The notes: generated from the letters alone by a model not told the origin. Numbered from the stretch's first letter, positions 40,427 to 53,674 are shown. The stretch: 63,777 nucleotides of DNA from Octopus bimaculoides (GCF_001194135.2 NC_069001.1:26563761-26627537); one strand, 5' to 3'. Numbers and translations: made by a program.

Positions 40427-41456
40427 CATTTACATATATATGCATATATATGTGGCTATATATANNNNNNNNNNNNNNNNNNNNNNNNNNNNNNNNNNNN
40501 NNNNNNNNNNNNNNNNNNNNNNNNNNNNNNNNNNNNNNNNNNNNNNNNNNNNNNNNNNNNNNNNNNNNNNNNNNNNNNNNNNNNNNNNNNNNNNNNNNNN
40601 NTATATATATATATATATATATATATACTTATCCGTATATATATGTACATATACATGTGTAAATATATACATAAATGTATATATGAATATGTACATATAT
40701 ATACATAGCTATCTAACTAGCTACATATGTGTATGAATGTGTGTGTGTGTGTGTATGTATATATATATATATATATACATATATGATCACTTGTCCCTAT
40801 TCGAACTCGTGTCTACTGTCCTCTCTATATTGTTTTTCACATCGAAACATCTAGCTTTTTCCACATTTAATTGTTTAGATTTACTTACGCATTTATTTAT
40901 TTTCAATTTATTTGTAAGCGTCTCTTTATAATAGTGAACATAACCTATATAGTAGATATGTACATAATGGTCGCCATGTTACTACTTATCGTCTGCCAGG
41001 CGAGCTTATGTTTTGGCATTTTCATAATACGGGAGTCAAAAATTTTTTTTTTCCCCCCTTTCCAACCAGACACTTTTTGTTTGTTATGATAAAAAAAAGT
41101 TCTTTTATTACAATTATCTTTTCGAATAACTAACATTTGAAGTGAATGGTAAAAGTAATCATAAAAATATTTTTTTTGATAGAGAGCATGTTATACAATA
41201 CAAAATTATATATTTTAAACATTTGTTGAGTGCTTCAAACATTCTCAAATATTTTGAATTATGTGAATTTAAAACCCACAATTATTCATGTACAGAAAAG
41301 ATATAGAAAATATACACAGAAGTAGATGATGAAATGGTATATCTTATAGTCAGGTTTGTAGCTATTGCTTTTAGCCCCAGATAACTCATATCGAGTAAAA
41401 CAATGCTGAAATGCTCTTTTTCTGTAGACATTCCTGTTGTTCCTCTTCTTATTAAT

Positions 41457-41575
41457 CTATCGAGCAAGTATATGATCACTCATTTTGCATCTTGATGAGC
41501 ATCTTGCTCGTACTTTATATAGTATATCTTTCTCTACATTAGAAACGTACGTTGTGAGACTGAGATCTGCTTCAC
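41457..41575 (-). CDS. Candidate exon, loosely FN3 F-strand-like
   Basis: Acceptor tttttgtacgtgttatacag. Frame reads GEADLSLTTYVSNVEKDILYKVRARCSSRCKMSDHILAR*. Confidence 0.2.
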
Positions 41576-41887
41576 CTGTATAACACGTACAAAAATATCT
41601 AAGCTCCCAGTTGCATTTCCTTTCATTCAAAATATCTGTCTCAATCTCCTTTACCCTTCCTCTCTTTCTCTTTGTTTTTCTTACGCGCTCTTTGTTGCTT
41701 TCATGTATTCTTTGATTCTCAGACTCACCAGACTCATGTATTCTTTGACTCTCAGTCATTATCACAAAAGATTCATGCCCAGTCACACACGATCATTTAC
41801 TGTTTATGTTATATAAATACACTCCGATGGTAGTTGTGAGCTGAGGTGTATTTCGCTATGTATTCTAGCTGTTTGGAAGGCCATGCA

Positions 41888-42255
41888 AACTAGTTTCAGT
41901 CACGCACATAGGTGCAGACTTTCCAAACACTGATATCCGGATTCAGTCCCAATACGTAACACCTTGTTCAATTTACTTTTAGTTAAACCGAAGCTTTGTG
42001 AATTTATTTCGCAGGGGGAATCTGAAAGAAACCCCTCATATAGATAAGTGTGCCGTTTTGACTGTTTGTCTATCACCACTCTTCCACAATGAGTGTAGAT
42101 GTGTTTACCCCAGCATAACCTGGCCTTCGTGAAAGAGACCAAGTGTATATGTAGCAATCGTAAGACAAAACAAGTTCTGGGTACGATTTGGTAGGCTATC
42201 ACTCTCCAAGCCAGATCCCCAGCAAAGCCGGATTCCAACAGCTAAAACAAATAAA
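41888..42255 (+). mobile_element. SINE family A, older full-length copy
   Basis: ggattcagtcccaatacgtaacaccttg...aaagctttgtgaattt...atctgaaagaaaccc, then a diverged 3' half ending aaaacaaataaa. Confidence 0.65.
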
Positions 42256-42344
42256 TGATGACAGATACATAGAAAAAGTCTTTCATTAAATTTAAAACCA
42301 TAAACATGTACGCTGTTATGTTTTTGATGATGAAGTAAATTATA

Positions 42345-42540
42345 TACAAGGCCGGGTGCAAAAAGTGGTCTGATGTTTGAGATGACTTAAAAAAGCAAAC
42401 CGATAAGAACAGCAATCATTGATTCACAGGTCAACGAGCGAGCTTCATGTACATGGTAGTTCATAATTCTCACTTTTATCTTCACACTGTTACATTCACA
42501 AACAAGTGACGACGTAGTTTTAGAAACTTGCTCTCGAACG
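42345..42540 (+). mobile_element. Possible mariner-type left end
   Basis: TA followed by caaggccgggtgcaaaaagt, resembling mariner TIR starts (TAC.AGG.....CAAAAAGT). No partner TIR found. Confidence 0.2.
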
Positions 42541-42638
42541 TTATTTAATACACATTCTGTATTTCATTCTCTCATTCTCTCCTTCTCCCTCTCTCTCCCT
42601 CCCCCTTCTTTCTCTCTCTCTTTCTCTTTCTTTCGCTT

Positions 42639-42672
<34 letters not shown>

Positions 42673-42835
42673 ATAGACACTCTCTTTCTGTACCTCACAT
42701 GTCAGTGCACGCGCGTGTATGAACATTATTGCCCAGCCGTACTCAATCAATATGGCTTGCATAAATATATATATATATGTGTGTGTCTGTGTGTATCTCT
42801 GTGTGTATGTTTTAAGGTATGAATATACGTATATA

Positions 42836-43184
42836 GGCGCAAGAGTGGCTGTGTGGTAGGTACCTTGCTTACCAACCACATGGTTCCGGGTTCAGTTCCA
42901 CTACGTGACACCTGGTGTAATTGTCTTCAACTATAACCAGGGGCCGACCAAAGCCGTGTTACTGGATTCGATAGACGGAAACTGAAAGAAGTCCGTCGTA
43001 TATATTTAGTTTTAAATTTAATAGTCTCTCATAGCATGAGACATTTATGTATAGAAATGCCCTTAATTTAAATAAATATATTTAGAGGGAATAATTTTAA
43101 AAAATTCCCCTTCTGAAGTTTTTCACGCTGACTACTTGATGAATACTTTTAAAGATTTTATCTTATTTTTAAATTATATATCTT

Positions 43185-43215
<31 letters not shown>

Positions 43216-43435
43216 GTGTGTGTGTCTGTGTGTGAGTGAGTATGTGTCTGTGTTTGTTCCCCCAGCATCGCTTGACGACAGATCTTGGTGTGTTCCCATC
43301 CTCGTAATCTAGCGGTTCGGCAAAAGAGACCGATAGAATAAGTACTGAGCTAACAAAGAGTAAGTCCTGGAGTCGATATGTTCTACTAAAGGCAGTGCAC
43401 CAGCATGGCCGCAGTCAAATGACTGAAACAAAAGA
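42836..43435 (+). mobile_element. SINE family A, full length, with extra sequence in its internal microsatellite
   Basis: 5' half at 42836-42998, about 170 bp of unrelated AT-rich DNA plus (TA)(TG)n, and 3' half at about 43250-43435. Confidence 0.9.
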
Positions 43436-43463
43436 TTTTATATTTCTCATGGTGCAAAAAATA

Positions 43464-43508
<45 letters not shown>

Positions 43509-43772
43509 ACGCACATCCAAGCACACACACACAAACAAAATACGCTCAACATATACACAGGCAAACACTCACACACACACACTCACACACAAACACACAC
43601 ACACACACACACATACTTATATGTATAATTCTGAATAACATACAGTATCACTTTGAATATCTGTGAGCGAAGGATTGTTTCTGACGAATATTTAATATAT
43701 GGAGATACTTATGTGCACTTCCACGTACGTACATCAAAACAAAACACACCTGAATGCGCACATTTGTAACAG

Positions 43773-43817
43773 GCAAAGGAAAATTTTAAAGAACACAATG
43801 AACGGTATCTAAGCAAG
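43773..43817 (+). CDS. Candidate 45-nt exon (AKENFKEHNERYLSK)
   Basis: Acceptor catttgtaacag and donor AAG|GTAAGG, phase 0->0. Confidence 0.2.
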
Positions 43818-44442
43818 GTAAGGATGTGAGTTATGGAAACATGAACAAGCAACCTTAAACCTAAAAAATACAATACAAATACATTGGAATTCTCAGCATG
43901 GGGATACTGAAGTCGCAAAAATCTAAGACATACGTAAGACCTATATGAAGACAATGATATACAGTTTCGAGTTTGTTATATTACCATATGTACTCTGTTT
44001 ACTTATAATGGGCTGGTAGTTTTGAAACGAATGTAAGAAAAACATTAACACAGCAAGTAAAACAGTCTGCGATTGAAATCAAAGCCGGCCAGAGAGCATA
44101 AAACGAAAGGAAAAAATAAAAGAAGATAAACATAACTGGGGTATTTTTAAAGATCAGAAGAAAAATGTTTTCCTTTTTCATATTTAGATAATTAACTGTC
44201 AAGTGACTTTACGGCTGTTTGTTTTCACAAACACGCACACATACATACTCACTCACACATGTATATACTACTCTTCAAAGTTTAGGAATTCCACGGGATT
44301 CCGATTTTCAAACATTTTCTACAATGACAGCAAAACGAACCAAAGACATCACAATAAAAATGTACTAAATCAGCACTTTCGAGCAATTGATAAAAAAAAA
44401 ACTACGCAAACTAAACATTCCCCGTCTACGCACTCTACATGA

Positions 44443-44484
<42 letters not shown>

Positions 44485-44913
44485 TTCTGTGCATGTGTGT
44501 GTTTGCATGCATGGTTGTTTGTATATGTGCGTGTATACCAAAAATGCAGTCTTCGTACGTTCCAGAAATTCTGGTAGACCATAACAGTAGAGACAGATAT
44601 ATTGTTGACTGTAAACGGCTGAAACATAAGGCTACTATGAGCTACATATCAAAAAGAATGAGCAGTACTAGAAGTCCACGTATTACAGCCATATAATGAA
44701 AGTGTAGCACCAGCATGGACGCAGCTCTCGATCTAAAAGAAGTAAAAGCGTAAAACCCAATATATATGTATATATAATGTATCTACGTTCTGTCTTCCTC
44801 CATGCTGGTTGCGTGTGCGTAAATAGCGAATCCTTATCATTAATTTATGCGATTAAAAAAATATATAGAAACAAAGAGTACATTTCACAACATTTTGTGA
44901 GATGTATGTATGC

Positions 44914-44953
<40 letters not shown>

Positions 44954-45214
44954 NNNNNNNNNNNNNNNNNNNNNNNNNNNNNNNNNNNNNNNNNNNNNNN
45001 NNNNNNNNNNNNNNNNNNNNNNNNNNNNNNNNNNNNNNNNNNNNNNNNNNNNNNNNNNNNNNNNNNNNNNNNNNNNNNNNNNNNNNNNNNNNNNNNNNNN
45101 NNNNNNNNNNNNNNNNNNNNNNNNNNCACACATATACATACACACATATATATATATATATATATAATATATATATATATGTATATATGTATATATACAC
45201 ACATACATACACAC

Positions 45215-45285
<71 letters not shown>

Positions 45286-45811
45286 CATACATATACATGC
45301 ACACATATGGACATGTTGAAGCGGAATGAATGAAAAAATTAAATGACTACAGTTAATAATTTGACATGCTGATAATTAAGTTATTGATAAGGTTTCAAAA
45401 GGAAGCCATATTTTCTAAATTGAATAAGAATGTCGTATCAACTAACATCTCTTTAAAAATGTATGAAAAATGAAAGAGAAAATCCCTGTAGGTTTAATAA
45501 AATGATTCATATCAAATACAAAATAAAAGGAAAATAATAATACCAATAATACTAAATACAACTAATAATAATCATAATAGCAACAATATTCACAATGATA
45601 AAACTTTAAATATTAAAGAACTTAAACCTGAAAAAATGTAACCCGAACGTCTTAAAAATTAATCTTATTTGAAATTGAAAAATTCTTTCAGAGAGTTGAG
45701 TCAAATGAACAAATACGGAAAAAATATATTTGAGAATGATTATTATATAAAGTATTTTTTCTACTGCATCTTTCCAAATCCCCCTTTAAACAATTGGATA
45801 TAATTTTATAT

Positions 45812-45843
<32 letters not shown>

Positions 45844-47687
45844 GGTTGTATATTTTTAAATGTACTAGTTCATATATTGATATTAAGAGCCAACACACCG
45901 AGTATCTGATAGTATAAGATAAATTTAATCGAGTTAAGTCAAATTTTTGGAAGCTTTTTTTATGGAATATAAACAAATGTGATTATATCTTGTTTCTTCT
46001 CTTTGTGTGTAGAAAAACAAAGTGATTACCACAAATGTTCCATAGGTTCTTATTCATTTTTGAGATGATCTCTGCCAGTAATTCATCTGTCTATGAACTG
46101 ATAATTTGTCAATAGTTTCTTAAATCTAACCTAAATTTCAACTTACCTGTTTTGTCCAAACTAATGCATATATCTTACGTTAGTAGAAATTGATATGATT
46201 TTATCTATAGATTAGCTTTGTATCTTTGCCTTAGTATCTAAGATTCATTTGAAAATGACCGATTGTGGCGTGTCTCAGGCCAGATATCAATACGTTTTAT
46301 ACTTGCATAGAAAAGTATAAAATAGATAGTATTGATAGGTTAGTTGGATTCTCCTCCGAGGATTAGAAAGACTGAACCTTGTGCCATGCCTAACTGTAAA
46401 CAGCAGAATGATTTACATATTGTGCATTTGAGATCGCTATTGACAGAAAATATTTGATATTCTACACAGAGTTTTCTAAAAGTACTGACATGCTACGTTC
46501 TTGCAATTAGAATATTGCGTTTTGTTAAGCGTTTACTATTGTTAGAATTTTTCTATGACCGTCCTGGCTAAACTAAACCTAACACAAATGCCGTCAAGCT
46601 GTGTTCATCCATATGTTTATTTCAGTTGTAATATTACTCATCGATTATGTATATACGAGGACGATATCCAATGTTCTTTATAACTTTATATGGTCCAATG
46701 TGAAAGTGCTTTAGCTGTTATTTCTAGCTGTTTCGGACCATGATGAGGTCCTATGGCACAGCTCTTTTATTACTGTAAAGCTGCTATTTTTTATGAGTAG
46801 ATAAATAAACATGTCTACGTTTATCATGTATACCTACGTAAATTTTATAACGTAGCTGTAATTTGTAAACACCTCTTCGTGTGTAATTTTGATATAATTT
46901 AGTTCTCTCGAAGCTATCTATACATATGCATAGTAAGAATATATTTACAAATGTGATATTAAGTCTTGTTTTTCAGTTGTATACAATAAACAATGTGGTG
47001 ATTAGTTCAAAGTACAAAATGAATCGTAGCGTCGCCTATAAGACGGCTATTAAATTACATAGACGTTGTATGTTGTTGAGTTTCTCCATGTTAAAAGGAT
47101 TTTTCGGTTGTAGTTGACTGCAGATGAAGTTGTTTAATCACATTCATAAAAGATTCGTAAACATCACAAATAATTTTAACTAAATTATAAGTCATACAAC
47201 AAATAACTAAATAAAACCATTGCAACAACATAATAATGTAATATACTATTCGTTTTAGAAAAATATCTTTGCTTCCATTTTTTTGCTTCGATTAATTTAC
47301 GAAACACACATTCGGAAATTCAGTGATGGACTACACATAAACGGGTTTCGCTTTGTTGAATTTGAAGCAAGCTACTCTTGGCAAATTATGTCTTGCAGAG
47401 TTTATGTTCAGAAACAAATCGTAGATAACACGCCACTGTGTTTCCATAAAATCCTCATCAACTATATTTTTAAAATAAAGAAAGACTTTTATTTTCATTA
47501 GCTAACCTATACCGTTCTTTAGAAATGTTGCATTTAGCATTGTGTTTTGGATGTGAAAGCATGTTGACAATCATAAAATTTAGGATGTGATGATAAAGCA
47601 CACAAACACACAAATGTGATATCAATTGGAATCATGTTAAATTATGGATGTGTGTGTGTATGTACACACACACACACATATACACAC

Positions 47688-47835
47688 ACTGTCTTCTACT
47701 ACCGCGACTGTCTTCTACTACCGCGACTGTCTTCTACTACCGCGACTGTCTTCTACTACCGCGACTGTCTTCTACTACCGCGACTGTCTTCTACTACCGC
47801 GACTGTCTTCTACTACCGCGACTGTCTTCTACTAC
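47688..47835 (+). repeat. 19-bp minisatellite ACTGTCTTCTACTACCGCG, 7 perfect units plus a 15-nt partial unit
   Basis: Units start at 47688, 47707, 47726, 47745, 47764, 47783, 47802 and 47821. Confidence 0.98.
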
Positions 47836-48403
47836 AGCCTCGAGCTGACCAGAGCTTTGTAAGTGAAATTGGTAGACAGAAACTGAAAGAATCCGGCGAG
47901 CTTCTTTCAAGGCGTCGAGCTGGCAGAAACGTTAGCACGCTGGGCGAAATGCTTAGCCGTATTTCGTCTGCTGTTACGTTCTGCGTTCAAATTCTACTGA
48001 GGTCAACTTTGCTTTTCATCTTTTCAGGGTCGATAAATTAAGTACCAGTTACGCACTGGGCCGATGTAATCGACTTAATCCCTTTGTCTGTCCTTGTTTA
48101 CCCCCTCTGTGTTTAGCCCCTTGTAGGCAATAACGAAATAAGAAACTAAAAGAAGCATGTCGTATATATATATGTGGGTGGGGCGCGTTTATTTGTATTT
48201 GTATGTCTGTTTTTGTGCCCCTATCATCGCTTGACAAATGATATTGGTATGTTTAGGTCCCGTAAATTAGCGGTTCGGCAAAAGAGACCGATAGAATAAG
48301 TACTAGGCTTACAAAGAAGTCCTGGAATCGATTTGCTCGACTAAAGGCAGTGCTCCAGCATAGCCGCAGTCAAATGGCTGAAACAAGTAAAAGAAGAAAA
48401 GAA
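47821..48403 (+). mobile_element. SINE family A, 5'-truncated, interrupted by a family B SINE
   Basis: Core at 47821-47891, resuming at 48141, with the internal microsatellite and a well-conserved 3' half to about 48403. Confidence 0.9.
47892..48140 (+). mobile_element. SINE family B, near full length, nested insertion with 14-bp TSD
   Basis: Head gagctggcagaaacgttagc (A-box-like) and gttcaaattc (B box). Flanked by agaaactgaaagaa (47878-47891) and agaaactaaaagaa (48141-48154). Confidence 0.92.
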
Positions 48404-49229
48404 TACATACAAACATACATGCATGCATACATACACACACACACACACACTCACACATACACACACACACATATATATATATACGTACATGCATATTTAA
48501 TCATTTGTGAGATTATGGTAATTCAGTTACTCCTAAATGACTTATTTTCTTATCAGCCTTCTGATTTCAATCTAGTTTTAACGAACTTCTCTCGCTACAG
48601 CATCGGATTTGTTGTCTACAATAGAGATACACTAAAGCGGAGGATAACATGTAATGGTTGGCAGCATATTCTGATTTGATTTGTCTGGGGGTTTTTTTAA
48701 AGATTTTTGACGTAAAATTAAATCCGGAGGCTAATAAACTTTAAATGTTTGCGGATTGAAAGTATTAGACGATTAACTCATTGGTTGTTGCCATCTATAA
48801 ATAATCAAATGTCGGATAATAATGAAATAGTAAATGTCTCGGCTATAATATTGTTTTATTTATAGCCGGTTCGTGTAAACAATGTATTGAGATATTAGGA
48901 TAACGTTGATTTTTTTTTGCAGTCTATGGATATACTTGGAGAGAAATATTCTAACAGCTTATTTTTTCTTCTTTTTACTGCTTTATTTTTTAAACGAAAT
49001 AAAGCAAATAATAGAAATTTTGTTTTAAGATGCAATCATTAATAAGTATGTTTGGAAATTCTCTGGAAATCTCAGTGAGCATTAATTTCCTATTTTCGCG
49101 TAAAAATAGTAATGGTTTCTAAGTGAATTTGAACAGAACATGCATCTTAATCCGTTGTGTTAATTTATTGTTGACCACGTACGCAGACCGTGCAAGATAA
49201 ACGGAAATTTTTCTTTGCATCACAGTTAC

Positions 49230-49740
49230 ATCAGCAGCTGCCAAGATTCAATAGATATCTGATTAGCAGGTTCTCTTTGGATTTTATAAACAAAGAATGA
49301 ATGAATATACGGGCTTCTCTTTCTACTTGACAAACATTCCATGAAAACATCTGCTTCCCCAAGAGAGAAATATACGACGATGACCAATAATTCGCATTTT
49401 TCTTTCTCGTTTCGTAATGCTTTTGATGTTCCGCATTCATGTTCAGTTAATATGCTTCCTTATACAAGTTTTCCCTCCCAACACTCTGATCACCAAGTAA
49501 ATTAATACCATTCTTTTCCACTACGATATACCCTATCTTTAAGTTGGCGTCAGTTAAATCCGTACTACAATACATTCCCAACTATACAGCAAACGCTTTC
49601 ATCAATACTTCTCAGCTGGTTTGGATAATTAAAGCTAGTTTACCAGCATCATTCACAATCCGTTTCAGTGACTACTGGAATGGGTATGCTGACTTGCATG
49701 CCTCAATTCTTTCTGGCTCTTCCTTACTTTTGCTATAGCA
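49230..49740 (-). mobile_element. Degenerate RTE-type LINE 3' coding remnant
   Basis: Minus frame reads ...ETRKKNANYWSS...SLLGKQMFSWNVCQVEREAR, resembling the RTE C-terminal W.GH...SL.K...W...G.R.RGRP region. In-frame stops upstream. Confidence 0.5.
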
Positions 49741-50049
49741 TTCTATCTAATTATCTGCTCTCTATGTGCAACAACAATTCTCTCTAACCTGACTGTTGAT
49801 CAGGGGTTTATATTTATTAAGTTTTCAATTTAGCCCTATTGATATTGAAAGTCTATAATAATCAATCTTCGTCCTATTGTTGAATTATCAGAGAAATAAT
49901 GAATATTCTTTGCTGCAGCCGATTATGATGATGATGATGATCATTATTATTATTACTATTATCATCATCATCATCATCATCATCATCATAACGGAAATGA
50001 TAATCATAATAATTATTACGGATTTATGACAAAAATGTTAAAGTGATTA

Positions 50050-50230
50050 GGTAAGCTTATTACATCGAGCGAGTTACTTGATTGCTACTTTAATAAATTG
50101 TCACCAAAAGGAAGAAAGGAAAACTACCCCATCTGGATATGAACTCACAACATCAAGGGCTGTAACTAATTTAATTACTTTAAAAACAAAAACAGTTTTT
50201 CTTGAGTCTGCCAATGCCACTGACCTTGCA
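50050..50230 (-). mobile_element. SINE family B, old copy
   Basis: attacatcgagcgagttacttg...caccaaaaggaagaaagg...gatatgaactcacaac. Confidence 0.5.
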
Positions 50231-51475
50231 TAATTCTTTTTAATATCGATAAATATTTATTTGGTAATATACATCAGGGTTTACTGGTAGGCTTTTTATC
50301 AAATCTCCAAGAATGAAATTATGATTTGACCTCAAAGTCATATGATTTTAACGGTTTAACCAAGTGTCATACATTTCATCATCATTATTGTAAACATGAT
50401 CCTCATCATCTTCAATTTTTTAAAAAATCTTCACCAATATCGCCATTCAACACCTTCGACGTACAACCATCACCATTTTCATCGACATTGTTGTCATATA
50501 TATATATATATATGCATACATACGTGTGTGTGTGTGTGTGTGTGTGTNNNNNNNNNNNNNNNNNNNNNNNNNNNNNNNNNNNNNNNNNNNNNNNNNNNNN
50601 NNNNNNNNNNNNNNNNNNNNNNNNNNNNNNNNNNNNNNNNNNNNNNNNNNNNNNNNNNNNNNNNNNNNNNNNNNNNNNNNNNNNNNNNNNNNNNNNNNNN
50701 NNNNNNNNNNNNNNNNNNNNNNNNNNNNNNNNNNNNNNNNNNNNNNNNNNNNNNNNNNNNNNNNNNNNNNNNNNNNNNNNNNNNNNNNNNNNNNNNNNNN
50801 NNNNNNNNNNNNNNNNNNNNNNNNNNNNNNNNNNNNNNNNNNNNNNNNNNNNNNNNNNNNNNNNNNNNNNNNNNNNNNNNNNNNNNNNNNNNNNNNNNNN
50901 NNNNNNNNNNNNNNNNNNNNNNNNNNNNNNNNNNNNNNNNNNNNNNNNNNNNNNNNNNNNNNNNNNNNNNNNNNNNNNNNNNNNNNNNNNNNNNNNNNNN
51001 NNNNNNNNNNNNNNNNNNNNNNNNNNNNNNNNNNNNNNNNNNNNNNNNNNNNNNNNNNNNNNNNNNNNNNNNNNNNNNNNNNNNNNNNNNNNNNNNNNNN
51101 NNNNNNNNNNNNNNNNNNNNNNNNNNNNNNNNNNNNNNNNNNNNNNNNNNNNNNNNNNNNNNNNNNNNNNNNNNNNNNNNNNNNNNNNNNNNNNNNNNNN
51201 NNNNNNNNNNNNNNNNNNNNNNNNNNNNNNNNNNNNNNNNNNNNNNNNNNNNNNNNNNNNNNNNNNNNNNNNNNNNNNNNNNNNNNNNNNNNNNNNATAT
51301 ATATATATATATATATATATATATAACAGTTCAAGTATGAAATAATGTATTTCACTTTTAGTTATAGTATTACTCGTCAAATTAAATCCAATCCTGCTTG
51401 TTTTGTTTTGGAGAGAATTATATAGAGCTTTCACTTATATATTATTTGTATGGACTTAAAGATTGGTCGCTGTTT

Positions 51476-51533
51476 AGTAGATAATTTAGTCATTGTAGCT
51501 TTACAGTAGATAATTTAGTCATTGTAGCTTTAC
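51476..51533 (+). repeat. Perfect 29-bp tandem duplication
   Basis: agtagataatttagtcattgtagctttac at 51476-51504 and 51505-51533. Confidence 0.97.
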
Positions 51534-53286
51534 ACCGATACAGATGTATGTAGGTTTATGCGTTTTTGTTTGTTGTAGTTTGATTTTAAAGTTATTGTTT
51601 AATCCTGCCTATATTTAGATTGAAATAATGTGGTTATTAAGCTTTCATTTTTATATTATACTATGGATGGAGGTAGGGAATATTTTCTGTATGACTTAAA
51701 GGTTTGGTTGCTGTTTAGTTACATATTTAGGAGTTGGTTATAGAATTACTTATCGAATTTATTTACCGATACTGTTGTACATAAAGTAAATGTGTTTGAA
51801 AGTTGTTTCTTTGGTATGTTTGTTCCAAAACAACACTTATTATTTTAGTGCTGTTGACACCACCGGATTGAATGGTACTGCCTAAGTGTCGAAATCATAA
51901 TGATATCCATGGAGCAGATGATGATGGAGGTATGGCTGTATTTGTATATGTGGAATAGCATTATAACACATCCTTTTGATATATGCACACACGCAATTTA
52001 TACAAGCATGACCGGATCATTTTTGCTGATTCATGTTATCTAGAAGAAATACTCATTGAACATTAATTTATGAAGCAGTATTGCACACACCCAGTGTATG
52101 AAACGTATAGATTTCTGTATTGTGACAAATTGCAACCATGCATGCTTACACACACATTCAGATATGTGTGTGCGTGTGTGTATGTCGTTGTGCTATTGTG
52201 TTTATCTATGCAGTCAATTAACTGCGCTATGTGCATTTGTATCAATTTTATTGCACATATGCATAGGGGAGATACATCTTTGAAGCGATGACTTTTTCCT
52301 TCAATCATGACACTTAAATACCTTAGAGATTGTTCTAAATTTGTCTGCATTATGATATTCATTTATATACTGCACGGTAGAAGACGTCTTCCACAAGCCT
52401 AAACTTAGTGAATTATAATGCAAAGTCAAAATTCTTCTCTCGTGGGTTTTCAATTGCGATCAGCAGAAATGGTCAATTATTTTAGTGATCATTTTAGTGA
52501 ATTGGCGCCGCCATGTTTAATGCTCAAATTTATTTTAGTTTTTAAATATAATTCGTCCTCCATTTTAATAATTCATAATCATCTTTACCATTATCGTCTT
52601 CGTCATCATCGTCACCATAACTATCACATTAACATCTTCAACATCATAACAATCATGATCATCAGCATCCATACTATGCTCATTAGAGTGCTTGTTTCGC
52701 CATATGAAGTAGGCAGTGGAAAAGTTGTGTTTTTGTTTTACATATTAACACCGCATTTTTTTTTTAACACGAGAGGTTGTCATAAATAATAGTCAGAAGG
52801 TTGAACCAAACAATTTATATTATTTGCTTTGCTCTAATCGGTGTAATCTCAAACTCTGCCGAGGACTCTATGCTTTCACATGTTTCTAGTTATCAGATGT
52901 CAGATAATTATTTTCCTTTCTCCACGTGGCTCCAAATGTTTCTTGTCTACTCAAATACAGAGATCCAAGTTGTCATCTTGTAATAATTTCATCGACTCGC
53001 TTATATATATTGCAAAGTGAACATCGGCATATTTTGTACTCGGCATAAAAAGCAGACGAAATACCGTTATTACATAATTTTGCGAAAATTTTCGAAATGA
53101 GACATTATTTCGTAGGCCTCGATCAAATCTGAAGTAGTGAGGGCATTTTATTTATGAGGTTGCGAATGTTAACGCAAAGACAACGATAAACTTAAACGAT
53201 TGATTGAATGATTGAACGATTAATCAAACACACAATTACCTATTGATTAAATATTAAATACATGAGTAATTATCTTTTCTAATATA

Positions 53287-53450
53287 GGCACAAGGCATGA
53301 AATATTGTGGGGTGGGACAGTGCTCAAATGGCATTTATTTTCTAGATCTCGTTAGGCTGAAAGATAAGCTCAAACTCGGCAGAAATGACACTCAACGAGT
53401 AAACCGCTCAGCATTTGTCCTTCGTACGGACGGTGCTGTCAGAACGCGGT
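53287..53450 (-). mobile_element. SINE family B, old copy
   Basis: ggcacaaggcatgaaat...cagtgctcaaatggcatttattt...gctgaaagataagctcaaactcggcagaaatg. Confidence 0.55.
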
Positions 53451-53674
53451 TTTCCTCTAGAACAACTATTTATTACATGCACAGAAAAATGCATGCAATA
53501 TTTTCATCTTTAAACAGAATTATGAGAGAAAACTGAATCGATGTTTGAAAAACGGACTACGGAAATACATAATAATGAGCGGTTGAGACTCAGTTGACGT
53601 ACTGTTACGATAATATTTATCTACATACGTGGAAAACATCGTGTTACAATAACACATACATCCATATATTTATG

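Noticed and set aside
41700-41760. Short local tandem duplications (also near 24040, 28020, 36640, 38915 and 57050)
   Set aside because: Ordinary slippage products with no further structure.
43897-43933. Second small exon pairing with 43773-43817
   Set aside because: The open frame needs phase-2 entry while the upstream exon ends in phase 0. The in-phase reading stops after 9 codons.
46146-46172. CAG|GTAAGT donor on the minus strand
   Set aside because: All frames are closed within about 11 codons upstream, and there is no proper polypyrimidine acceptor.
47688-47835. CRISPR-like regular repeat
   Set aside because: Units are directly adjacent with no spacers, and the context is eukaryotic. 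It is a minisatellite.
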